From Klebsormidium nitens (lineage: Eukaryota > Plantae > Klebsormidiophyceae), in NCBI GenBank assembly GCA_000708835.1, contig DF236991.1, positions 1 to 64,000 of the forward strand: 64,000 nucleotides of DNA. The letters run 5' to 3'. Shown one piece after another: positions 34,481-46,655 of this stretch. How positions within the stretch are numbered: the stretch's first letter is position 1; each line of letters starts with the position of its first letter. A model generated the notes under the pieces. It had not been told where the DNA came from. It made no database searches and was given only the letters and a program-made list of their open reading frames with translations. Both the position numbers and the translations under genes were made by a program.

Positions 34481-37400
34481 TCAGTTTTCGCAGGTGATCC
34501 GATGGAGACGAATCTGTTCTCGCTTCATCCAGCGGCAATACTGAAAGCAGTCTTCCTCCTGTTGAGCAACCAGTTCAATCGATAAACCCGCTGCTTTGAC
34601 TGCCAGAACAAATCTTTCCAGCGTGCTTACATTCCTGATTGCAGTTGCAATATATGCAACCTTCCCGCTCCTGTCGCTTGCAGACTCTGGAACATCATTT
34701 ACGACCGTAGAGGTTGGTAAGGTAGCTCCTAAGCTGCTGCCACGCGCCACTAGCGTGACAAGCAGAATCCGGACCAGGTCCGGTATGACCCCTGGATCGT
34801 ACAAGACGTCTGCTCCCAATCTGCAGACGATGACCCAACAGTGCGGGGGTCGGTCAGAAAGTTCGTAAATGATAAAGTGAGGAGACGAAACTGGCTATAT
34901 GGTCAAACCAACAAGCCCAGCGATTCAGTTTGGCAGACCTTGCCGAATGGCTCAACTAATTGCCACCCCAGTCATGTCCTGAGATGTTCTACTGATCGAG
35001 TCAACTCTTGAATGGTCGCTGATCATACAGACCTGCATTAGATTATTGGGAATGTCCTCCCAGCCTCAGCTCCAAAAGGGAGCCGCCTCCTCAACAAAGC
35101 GCTCTGCAAACACCTCCTGTCGAGATGCATCCAAGGAAGAGCTTGGGACACAGTTTGGTAACGCATCGAAGCTTTTGCCCGGAGAAGGCGAGAGACTGTT
35201 GAGCCCCGTACGAGTCTCCTTCCGCAAGCATCTGTATCCTGATGTTAGCAATGGATGAGAGTACAACGAGTCGTTGAAGCCGCCAACGGCGCATGTGTTG
35301 AACACATCCGCTTCTGTGAATCATTCAGGAGATACCGCGACTCTCGTTGACCACCAGATCCTCGAGGCGATAACTTCACCACTGTAACGGGCAATCATTC
35401 TCAAAGGGCAACCATTGGAAACGTTGTCTGAATGAAACATAGACGATTGTTGCAAAGGAATAGCAGCCAAACTTACATCACGTCAGCGTTATACTCCCGC
35501 AATTGCAGCTCCGACACGTCTTCCCAATCCAGGAACTCGCTCCAAATTCTCAGAACCCCCTGTGCGTCCGCACTGTTGCCATCCGTACGCTCAGCAGAAA
35601 GCGGACGCCCGCGGGATCCTGAAGACCCAGTGCAGCCAGAACTTGTGGGGGACTCGAGAGATCCAACGGGATCCGGATGCGCGCTCGACCCCGGAGATTC
35701 CGGGGGTTTCGGACTGCCGCTCGCATGTGGATGGCCCCTGGAATCGGACGGCGGTATGGAATATAAGTGTCCGCTGGTATCTGGCCGTTTCGAGCTTCTC
35801 ACCACGTCCGATTTTTCTGTACTCGTTTCCACTTCGTTTAGGCTGAGGTTTCCCCGTAGATTCTCTAACGTCTCCTCGTTCCCGTCAGTGAGAACAAGGT
35901 CGCTAACCCCCGGTAACCTGGAAATTACCACGCCGAGAACCCCGGCCCCGGCTCCCAGCTCAAGGACTCGTTTTCCGGCGAAGGTTTCGGGATGGGTTAG
36001 CGCAAACTCAGCCAGGTAGAAGCCAGCAGACCATGTGGTGCAGCCCGTGCCGCCCTCAAAGAGGTTAAGAGAAACCCGGACCGTAACAAGTTGGGTTAAC
36101 GCTGGGTTTGTCGATTCTCCGGAGAGGGTTCCGTCATCTGCTTCTAATGTTGAGGGGTCCATCGAAGGTGACGTTTTCTTGGAGGCTGCTCGGGAAACAG
36201 ACGAAGCGACCCTTGCTTGCTCGGCAACTTCCTGGGTACCATCGGAAGCTCTGGCGCGCTCAGCTATTGTTGACCCGTTTGAAAATCTTGGTTGATGCAA
36301 TAGACCTTCAAGATTTGCAGTGGGAGTCGCGTACGCATAAGTCCGGTAGCACCACTTCGCATCCAGAGAGTCGTCATGCTCCTGCAGGTACCGCAAATCA
36401 TCTGTAAGTAATGTGGACAAAGGTCCTCGCTTTCTTACAAGGCTGCATCTCCGAGATTTTTTCATGCTTGGACACCAAGTTGACGGGAAATCTTACGAGA
36501 AAAAAACCTCGTGTACTCGTGATGAAGGGTTCTCACGAGGGCAGTATGAATATAAAACAGGGCCACAGATGACCGGTCAATTTGTCGACAAATTACCAGT
36601 CTCTTGGATCTACCAACACGTCCGTTAAACATCCTGAACCTGAGGCGAAAACATTCTCCTGTTCACGTCTTTTGCTTGGGAAGTCTGAAAGACTAAGCAA
36701 TAGAGACACACCCTGTCCTGTCCAAGGCTTTTAGTGCAGCATTTGATTCATGATCCTCCTGTCATATCCTGGTACGAATCCGCTTTTCAGGCGTCTTTGA
36801 TACGATAATATGACAAACTTTTCCTTATCAACGGCTTGGCAAGGTGCATCCCGAATACAGGCACCTCTATGATTTCTAATTTTGCAAGTACAGCTACTGG
36901 AGACCGACGGCACACACGTTGAGACCTGAGACAGAGGCTTTCCAAAACACATCATCGCCGCTGAGGAAATTAACAATACAAGATAAGAAAATACACCATG
37001 GAGAGTTCAAGCTTCGCCAAAATCGATCACCTCGTCCTCACCAGTCGGGACACAGCCTCCATGTACTTTGCATGCTCTGCATATGTCTCCTCAAGCACTG
37101 GCTCCTCTTCATCATCGCTGTCCGCTCCACGCCTCCTTAGCGCATCAGATTCTGCCCCCAAGATTACCAGCTTCAGGAGGCGTGCGGTGTATGTTACTTC
37201 AGGAGGACACCTCTTGACAACCTGGACACAACAATGCGAACGTTGACTGAGTTTCCACGTCTGCAAATTCACTTGCAGCTTCTTAGAAAAGCGGTGGGGC
37301 AGCTAGACTTTGGCTTCTTATGGTCAAGATCCGGGGTTCCATCAACCAACCTTGAGCAGGAGGAACAGGTTGCATGTACGCGTTGTGTATCACGGCACTT

Positions 37401-37997
37401 CAGCTATACATGGCGCGCCATACCATACACCATGATTTTGACTCTCGCCTTAGAAGTGTTGGTATTGGAGAACGCTGCAGTCTAGTTCTTGGCATCTTAC
37501 ATCTTACTGGATTAAGGATGTGCTTGTGATGCGAAAAGCCCTTTGCTGTGGCAGTGTCCCTCTGCTGAAGCCAAGGTGCCCAAGGGATATGACGCAGTTC
37601 AGCAGCCCTTATTGCAAACCTATGAGGCAACTCACAGTGCATGATTGCACAAGTCTTTTACACCGATGTGCTGACATAAAGCAGGCGACCCAACCCTTCA
37701 GCAGATTAGCATGATGAGATGCATCTGGATGCTGGTTTAAGACCAAACTCTCACACCATGACCCCTTGTTCACTCATTCGTCCTGAACAATTTATGCTGA
37801 TCCACTTTTTCCTACATATCAGAAGAGAAACGGGCCAGACTGCTCACCTCATCTTGCACCACCTTTTCCAGCAGATATTGCTGCACTCTGCGAGAGATGC
37901 TCCCCCCCCCAAGCTTCCGCAATGCTTCAACCAGGTCTGAGGTGTTCTCCATCTGCCGGTACATGCATAAGATTTGCCAGCGCAGGCTGGCAACCAT
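34481..37997 (-). CDS. EEF2KMT: Protein-lysine N-methyltransferase EEF2KMT/FAM86-like, ~524 aa, 4 exons (37997-37848, 37221-37042, 36381-35477, 34820-34481)
   Basis: FAM86-like N-terminus (RCPP..YTARLLKLVI), GTGCTTWSAGFYLAEF, VLELGAGAG, LVLTDGN, LGADVLYDP, AYIATAIRN. Phases match. Confidence 0.82.
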
Positions 37998-38638
37998 AGC
38001 TGCCGCCAAAGCAATGCAAGAGTGAAGCCCTAGTGAAGCAAGAGCAGCTACCTTATCTTTGACCTCTTCTTCAGCTCTTTCGCATTTTGCAAACCTTGTT
38101 CTGCTCCTTCCAGCTCCCTTCCACTGAAGGCTGACATGCGCCGTAGATGAATGGTTGGATAGGTACCTAGTGAATCTGCGAGCTAGCTAGCAAGACCTGG
38201 TGCTTTGCGTAGCAGAAGTTGAGCGTCAAAGTTCTTCTTTTAATTATGGTTTTGGCCCTATCCTACAGAGGAACCGGCAGACGAGCGGGGACCTTGCACA
38301 TGATCGAAGACGTCTTTGCTTTGTAATGACGGCGACCATCGTACGGACCCTTCCCCTTGAAGACCGCTGCAAATTGCATAGAGAGCCAGAACGTCAAGAG
38401 ACGGTCCAAGTCCGTCGGGGCTGTGCCTGATTTCTCGCAAAGTTCTGCATTTTGCTTTCTGCATTTTGCATCACCTGACCAGCTTCAAGTTCAAAGCAGG
38501 GCACTAGTGCTGGTGCTTAGCCTAGCGTGGCGCTATCTTAGTACGTAGAACGCTGACCTGAACCTTTCTGGATCTAACTTCTAAGGAGCCTGCTGAAGGG
38601 GTGCCCTAGTGGTGGGCCATCTTTCAAAGGGATTGAGG
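37998..38638. promoter_or_regulatory. Probable bidirectional promoter between EEF2KMT and the cyclophilin gene
   Basis: Head-to-head start codons ~640 bp apart; no specific motif identified. Confidence 0.3.
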
Positions 38639-41600
38639 ATGGTTCGAGTGTTTCTGGACATCGATGTTGGTGACCCTGCCAAGAGTAAGGAGGAAACGGA
38701 GGCGTACAATCAAACATGCCAGTACCTAAAAGACGTGGGGCACAAGCAGCTTGGCTTGGATGCTGCAACTCCTGACGAGCTGGACAAGGAAGGTGACCGA
38801 TCCATTCAGAATCTGAACTGATTGTTCATTTCTTTTGGAAGCTGGATTACAAGCTTAATGTATTCATTCCCTGCATTAAAGCTCATGAGCGACCTTGAAA
38901 AGTGCCCTAGCATGCGGCTGTATGCTATTGAACAAAGTCCTTCACCACCAAAAAACAGCTGTCAACTCGCGCAGCATATGTGGATTGTGTGCAACTTCTG
39001 AACCTCTCAACGTCTCTTAGCAGCGCAATGAACGACTCCGTCGAGCTAACAGTATCAATTGTCCACCTAAGTCTGCTAAGAAGGCAGCAAGTTCAGCTGA
39101 AGCGATTTAACCATAAGAGGGCACATCGAGCGGGACACTCTTTCAAAGCCATGATGCTATGAAGCAATAAATGGACATTGAAGAATGAACCTCCACGCTC
39201 AGAACTTCTCAGCTTGAAACAATAGGCGTCCTCCGTTAGTCATCATGGGCGTTCAATCTCCAGTGCCAATGATTTGGCAAGGATTATTCAGATGATGAAA
39301 GTGTAGGTAGTCAACGTGCAGGGCCAGAACGCTTTATGCACTCCACTCAGAACGTTCATGTTCACCAGAACAGCCTGATTTCATGCTTGGGAACCTGATC
39401 TGCACCCGCCTCACCACTTCTTACAGAGGACATTATTAGACCCTGGTCTTTCTTTACTGCACTTTTCGCCCTGTCAGCCAATGTTCATGTGATACGGAAA
39501 CACTAACGACTGGATTGTCCTATTTACAGGTCGCACTTTACTTGAGGAGGCTTACGAAGGTGCCCAGGGCAAGGGTGGGAAATTGAGGTTTGCAAAACCT
39601 AGGCCACTGAGAGCAGGGCGTCTGGTCATTGAAACGTACCCAGATCAGGTGACGCCACGTTCCCCCTCTTCCTTCTAATCTATGCCTCTTGATCTTGTCA
39701 AGATGCAAGACACATTCTTGTTTGATAGCGCTTTAGGAAGCGGGTGGAGATGCACACGGTCTTGAAGACGTTTCGGGCTGCGCAGCTGACCAGCCCCCTC
39801 AAAAGGAAACATCCAAAGAGCCCCCACGTAGGCAGCCCGCCAGTGATTCACTCAATTCTGAGGCCCTCAAGTCGAGCAGAAAAGCGTCTTTGGCCCAAAT
39901 TAGCTTGTCATAAACGAGTGACTTGATAGCCATGCCCGACTGAAGCGCGCGCGCCTGAAGGACTTTTTCCCCGTACTCCAACGTCACTCATTTCCTTCTT
40001 CTGGCACCAGGTTCCAAAAACGGTCGCAAACTTCCGGTGTCTAGTGACTGGAGAGAAAGGCAAGAGCAAAGCGAGCGGGAAGCAGTTGGCGTATCGGGGG
40101 GTGCCCTTTCACAGGATCGTCAGCGGATTTGTCTGCCAAGGGGGCGACTTCGTGAGGGGTGAGACTGACAAGTTCCCTCTTTCAAATGTACTTGAGCTCC
40201 TCACCCGGAGCCTACAATTGGAAGTCTTTGATTTGCTCGTTCATGGTAGTGGCCATTGTCCAGTATTTCCGAAGTAATGCAAAGTGATCCGATCACACCG
40301 GAAAAGCTTCGTCTTTCCTACTTACGGATGCTTTCCGTTCATAGAAAGGCCATTGCAAGCGACTGCGTCTTCCTAGTCTCTTGTGCTTTCCGCTGCTGTT
40401 TGTCATGCCAACAATCAGAGGCTGCTTCGCTCCTGATTCAGGTGTTGAAGTAGCTTCTCCTACTTGGTAGCGAAGTAACAGCTCGTGCTATTGGAAGCCC
40501 GTCGAAGAAACATTGACGACAGCAAAGCGAAGAGAAAAGAAAAGTCCGTCTTGCGTCGAAGTCGATTTGTGCTAGGACCTACAAACCGGACGGGTCACGC
40601 ACAAGTAGTGCATCTTGAAGTCGAAGAATATCCTGTGAATTCCGAGGTTAAAAATTGGTTGATTCGGGACTTTGGACCCTGGTTTGCTCGACTTGCGCTG
40701 TCATGTAGGACGTGTAAGTGACAAGTTCCGAACCTTTTATTTGCCAGATCAATCATGAAGGATGGATTGTTTTGTTCAAGCTTGTAGATTTGTGTCATCA
40801 GGCGGGGTAAGCGACGGCGAGACCATTTAAGAGAGAGAATCACTGGACAATCCTTCACGATAAATGACTGGAGACTTCTGAAATAAGACCCCTACTTCTT
40901 CGCATTCGGCAATCACAGCGGGAACTAAAGCAGTCTACCAGGCAGGCTCTCCGGCGGAAGAAGGAACTGAATGTTTAAGAACGGAAAGGTCTTCGAAATA
41001 AACACTTACTGTTTGCACCCAGCAACGGCACCGGGCTCGCTTTTCTAACTTTTCTTTTGCCCTTGGATCAAAAACAGATGTTGGGCGAATATCAATGATT
41101 TGACAGGAATCGTATCATAGGTAGACGCTTCGAAGAGGAGCATACCTCTGTCTGTGCCAGCCGACGAAAGCGGGGGCGAGAGCATATACGGGGGCAAGTC
41201 TAAGAAGTTCGCTAGAAGTTCACAAATGAGAAATCTCGATGCTTCATGAATCAAAATTTCACATTTCCTGCCCGCGCCAAGGGACGGAGCATGTTCGGGG
41301 CCAAATTTGACGCTGAAAGACTTCATTGAACTATAGTTCATGAACAGCATCTTCTGCCTTCGCCAGGCGACGGGAGCGGGGGCGAGAGTATATACGGGGG
41401 CAAGTTCAACGACGAGAAGCCCGGCCTGAAGCTGAAGCACGACGGGCCGGGCGTGGTTGGGATGGCCAACTCAGGAAAGAACAGCAACAGCTGCCAGTTT
41501 TACATTACCCTGAAAGCAGCCCCGCAACTAGATGGTGAGATTGGCTCTTCGGATTTGGCCCTCAAGGATAAGCATTTACGGTCTTGAGGAACTAAAATGC

Positions 41601-43077
41601 GCGACTACACATACAGAAATGAAAAATGTGTTTCTAGTAAGACCGGAAGTCAACTCCGCGCTTGCACGGTTAAAAACAGCGCCTGCTGCTTTGAGAGATC
41701 CTGGAGGTTCAGAAAATTAGGGGTGACGAACAAGGTTGTCGTTGGACAAGATTTTTGGACGGAGGTTTTGATTGGATGCTCAGGCCGGCGTTGTAGCGCG
41801 ATGTAGAACTGACTCTGTATCGAAGATTCGTTGGGGAATTTGAGGCACTGACTGAGGATTCGTCGGGTGGTTTGAGGTCCTGTGACTGCCGGTTTCGTAA
41901 AGGCGGGCCCTGCTGTGTCACGTCGTTGAGGTCATGCGTAGTTCTAAGGCGCGCAAAGATTCGTACTGCGTAGAACGAAGAGCACCCGTTGCTTGCTTTT
42001 GAGGACAAGTCCTTCAGTCTCTGGCAACGTCGTATAGAGTTCGAGGATGTTTCCGATCGCCTCCAAATGAAGTGGTTATCTTTCTCAAGCCGTCCATACT
42101 ACGTGGTCGCGAGCCAGGGGTTTGAATAAGCGAGTTTGACATGAAAAGACTTGAGCAATCTTCGTGGGAAACTGCTTAGGCTAGCTTCGCAACTGTGCAA
42201 GAGACGGTGATGAATGGAGCGTTGAAGCATGTACAGAGGAAGCTTTCTGAGGATGAGCAGAACTTGAAGATTCGCAAGGGAATCTTTTACGAGGATGAAT
42301 ATGAATTTTTACAAGGATACTAATGATTCGAACCATGTACGAGGGTTTTGGTTTCTGGAAGATAGTCGTCCCCGTTGGCAGAACAGCAGTCAAAATATAC
42401 AGCCTCGGCCCTCGTATGTGAACATGCTTAGGGCGACCGTAATCTATCTTGGCGAGCCAGCGAAAGGCTTCCGTCCTCGTGAGTTGTGTGCGCACCGACG
42501 TTGTTTCTTTGCTTGTTCAGAGCTTGAGCTTTTTGACGCGCTGTGCATTTTTCAGGTAAACACGTGGTCTTCGGAAGGGTGGTCGAAGGCTTAGACGTCT
42601 TGAGTCGAATAGGTAAGTTGCAGCGTCGTACGTTGTACCGTCTCACCGTCGAAGCAGACATTTCAACACTTCGGAGAAACAAATGCTCCGCTCAGCATCT
42701 TCCGGTTGCCCTTTGATGCATCGCACTTTCCGACAACGGCTTCTCGAGGACGCAGAGCCGCAGCTAGTCTTGAACGTCTTGACAGGGCCCATTCGTGGAA
42801 TTGTGGGTTCCGAGGCCCTCGTCAGACTGCCCTCTTACCTAAGCTTCTGACCACTGTTGGATCCTTCGAGCTCCGGGATCCTTTTTCGATCGAAGCGTTT
42901 CGATCGAAGCGTTCATCAGTTTCTGAACGTCAGTCGGTGGTCTTCTATTCAAGGTTGCTACTAAAGGCATTGCCGGTTCATTCGTGTCACAAAATTGCTT
43001 GTGCAGAGCTTGAGGCTGCGTCGCCGGATGGGAAGCCACGAATTTCAGTCACAATGGCTGACTGTGGACTCCTATGA
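38639..43077 (+). CDS. Cyclophilin-type peptidyl-prolyl isomerase, ~238 aa, 6 exons (38639-38792, 39530-39648, 40011-40158, 41367-41534, 42556-42612, 43007-43077)
   Basis: [90 protein letters not shown]. Phases match. Confidence 0.93.
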
Positions 43078-46000
43078 TAGTTGAGGTTACAGAATTCAAT
43101 GGCAAATGGGTGTTGATTGTTGATTATTGACTTAATCACGCTGTGGCTCGCAAAAGTGTTCCTTTACCACCCGTAAACTGGATGGAAAGCACCGCTCTGA
43201 TTTTCCGTATGTTGTACTGAACTCAAAGCGTCCGGAATGAAGACCGTGGCCGCGATTTTGAAGCTCGACACATTTTCCAGCCTTGACATACCTGGGCGGT
43301 CAAGACGGCCGCCCCGATCAATCAACGATGTATACCGCTAGTGACGGCCGCAAATTTGAAGGCCCTGTTTCGTTTCTCCACGCTCTCAAGCGCCAGAACC
43401 GTGTTAGGGACGTATCCGTTTGGATCCCTTGTCCGTTCGTGGTGCTGAGTGCCAGCCGCCCACTTAAGAGGAATCAAATCATCATGCTGACATGCATCAT
43501 GCTGCTTCATGCATATCATTGTGGAAGTCCAATCTGTGGAGACGAGCACTAATGGGAATGTCGATCGGATCCTTGACGCGGGGCAATTCCGCAATGGCAG
43601 ATCCAACATGTATTCGATCAACACCGAGGTCCAATGACTCAGGGCTATGTACTCGAGGCTGCCTTTTTGGCAGGCTGCACTACAATCAAATCAAAACTGC
43701 CGCGATCACTGTGCAGACGTCCATTTGTCAATTGTAAGCTTACGGTCTGAATTTGTTGCTGCATGCCCCAACCGCTCGGGCGGCCTGAGCGGCTGAGTAA
43801 TAACTTATAAGTATCATCCATTTTTGAGGAAAGAAGAGCAAATGGTGGTGCCAGGCCGGATTGGGCTGAAATCAACATGCAATAACATCGATCCGTGCCA
43901 CGGTGCGCTAGTCCAGTACGTCGCCGATTTTGTCGTCGGAAAGTCGGGGAGTCCCGCGGGGGAAAGTCACAACCGAACGATTTAACATGCAAGCTTTCAA
44001 GTAATTTGCAGGCTGAGCCTACTACGCTATAGCGAGGCGCCGGTCATAGATCATGGCGGCCGCCTGCGCGATCAATCGACCACTGCGCGCGTCCCGACAT
44101 CGGTAAAGTCAAAACCTCAAACCCCCGCGACAGAACGAACTTAGCTTGACGTCAGCAACTCACCAACCGCTTTTCTTCCAACATCGGCGCGTCGAAGTCT
44201 TTCTGGGGGAAATTCATGCTTTTAGTTTCGATTCGATCTCTTGACCTCAATGATTGAGACGGGTTGCGAATCGCGCGCCATAAATATCTTGCGCCACTTT
44301 TTGATCCACTCTTGGAAAAAGGTGACTGTGCAAAGGGGCGACAGCGGTTTGCTTTTAGAGCACACGGTTTGAAAAGCTCCTGAGCTGCAAACCTTCCAGC
44401 TAACGAAGAGGAAGGGCTTCCTCTCCCAGCTTGCTGCTTGCTGCTTTGCTAAGACTTCAAGTTGCTTGCTTGCTGGTCGTAACTGTGGTCGTCTACTTTG
44501 ACAAAGGCTGATAGGGAAGCCGCAGCTTGGTGAAGCAAAATGAGCTCCGTCAAGGATGCCGGTGAGCTCTTTGGAACGCATTCTACTGATTCAAATTTAG
44601 AAAGGTGTCTAGGTTAGGATTTTAGCTGCCTTTTGTCTCTGTTTCCGGGATTGTTTGTTTTGCAGCTATACTCTGGTAGGGTTGGATGTGAAATTCTGTA
44701 CCGGCACTGAGAAGTTGTCTTTGTTTGCTTTGCACTTCTGCTCGGACACATTGATCATCAGTGGAAATCCTTTTGCAGACTACATGTGCCCTGCTCACAC
44801 CATGTGGTAGTGCATGCATGTGCATCGCTCTTCCAAATCCACATTTTTTTATTTTATTTTTTTTGAGCAATTCCACAAACCCAGAGCAATTCCACAAACC
44901 CAAAAGATTGTGGACACTGCATCAAATTGGTATAGCAAGCGACTTCCTCGCATGGTTGTTTTGGAAAGTTCCGGCAAGGAGCTGGTCTTGTGATCAGCAG
45001 AAGCATGGCAATTGGTGATTGTTTCTCGAGCAATTGGCCTCCATTGCAGCGTCTATGATGAAGCTCATCTGCGTGGATCAGGAGCTCCTTTTTAGAGATC
45101 AATTACATTCGATTGGCCACTGACAAGATCTGACATTCCCTGTTGTTTTTCTCTTGAGAAGCAGATGGTTTCTGTTGCTACAAGTTGACGGTTGGATTGG
45201 GAGCAAGCTTGCTAACAATCATGGACTTTCACATTGGCAACATTTTTATTCTAAGGTGGTTGCCTTCGTTTCTCCATAATGCATGCACTTTAATTCCCTC
45301 AAATGACCAAAGAGTGTTTGTTCAGACAACAGCCTATTTCCTCAGAATCAGAGGATTCTTAGTTGATTCTTTCATTTAAGTCATTTGAACAACAACTGTT
45401 GGTCTGAGTGCGTGTCAGGTAATCAAGTTGCTGGCTCATGAGTTTAACTTCCAACTTGATGAACTGAACGGGAATTGCGCAACTCAAATTCTGGATGTTC
45501 CACAACGGCTGCCCCACCTCTTCACTGCAACTCTTGCACCAGTTTTTTGGCCGCCTCTCTTGTATTACAGGGCTAAGCACGAGCTCGGGATCTCAAATTT
45601 GCAGAAACGGATTGGAAAGTGCAGTGAATCAAGCTACTGTGCTGTGATGTTGAAATGAACGGTGGTTCAGCCTGAGGAGATTTTAACACTGTTTTGAGAG
45701 ACATAACCGTACTTGCCCTGAGGTCTCTGTTCCCGGTTGAATGGCGATCATGTGGCAAGTCGTGAGATCTGGGTTTTGGCTGCACGAAAGTTCATTTTAG
45801 GCCCTTCTTTTCAGGGAGCAATTGATCTGGTGCTACTCACCTTGTGAGCTTACTAAGTTAGGGTTCTCAGACTGGACAATGTATCTCGGCTCTTGTGCTT
45901 TCTGCTCTACCACCTCAGCTGTTTGGCGCTTCAGTCCACTTGTTGCTCTTCCCCGTCCAAGAAACCGTTGTCTGAGAAACCTTTGGTGGTACAAAAGCAT

Positions 46001-46655
46001 TTCCTCCCACCTCAGATCGCGTCGATTTTATTTCGCACAAATTTTGTTTCTGTCCGTTCGCTGTCAGAAAATACTGCTGATCATGATGGTGAAGGAAGCG
46101 CTGAGAGAAGTGCAACTGGACTGGCTCATCTTGTTCAGTGCTCCTCTGTGCTTTAGAAACTTTTTTAAAAGACCGATCCCGTTTGATTCCCCGATTGGTG
46201 CATTGTGTATTGAAATTTGTATGTGTCTCTGTCGTTTTGTTACATGTCCGTATTCCACCGTAGTGCTGAACCTCCTGTTGGCAAAAGCCTTCAATAGAGC
46301 GCCCTCAACAGGGTGCAGCCTGGTACTCTTTTTCTCTCTTTCGTAAGTATTGCTGGATAGCCTTTTGATGGAAGCAGTTCGACTTCTGCTTCTGATGGCC
46401 GCTGTGCCTTTCTAACCTTGCGCTTTTTCTTCGCTTCTTGTGATTTGCAAACTGACGCAAAATCCAAAGTTGCAGGATAAAAATCAGGGTTTGTCCGACA
46501 AATATCTCTAGTTCTGGACAGTTCTGCCAGGATCAGAAAGAAACTCGATGTGGACCGCAAGATGTTCGGCACTCTTACGCAGCCCCTCTTTGTTTTCAGG
46601 CACTGAGGAGTCGGTTGAAAACCAGGCCACACGGGGAGCTTCCCAGAGCCTGAAC

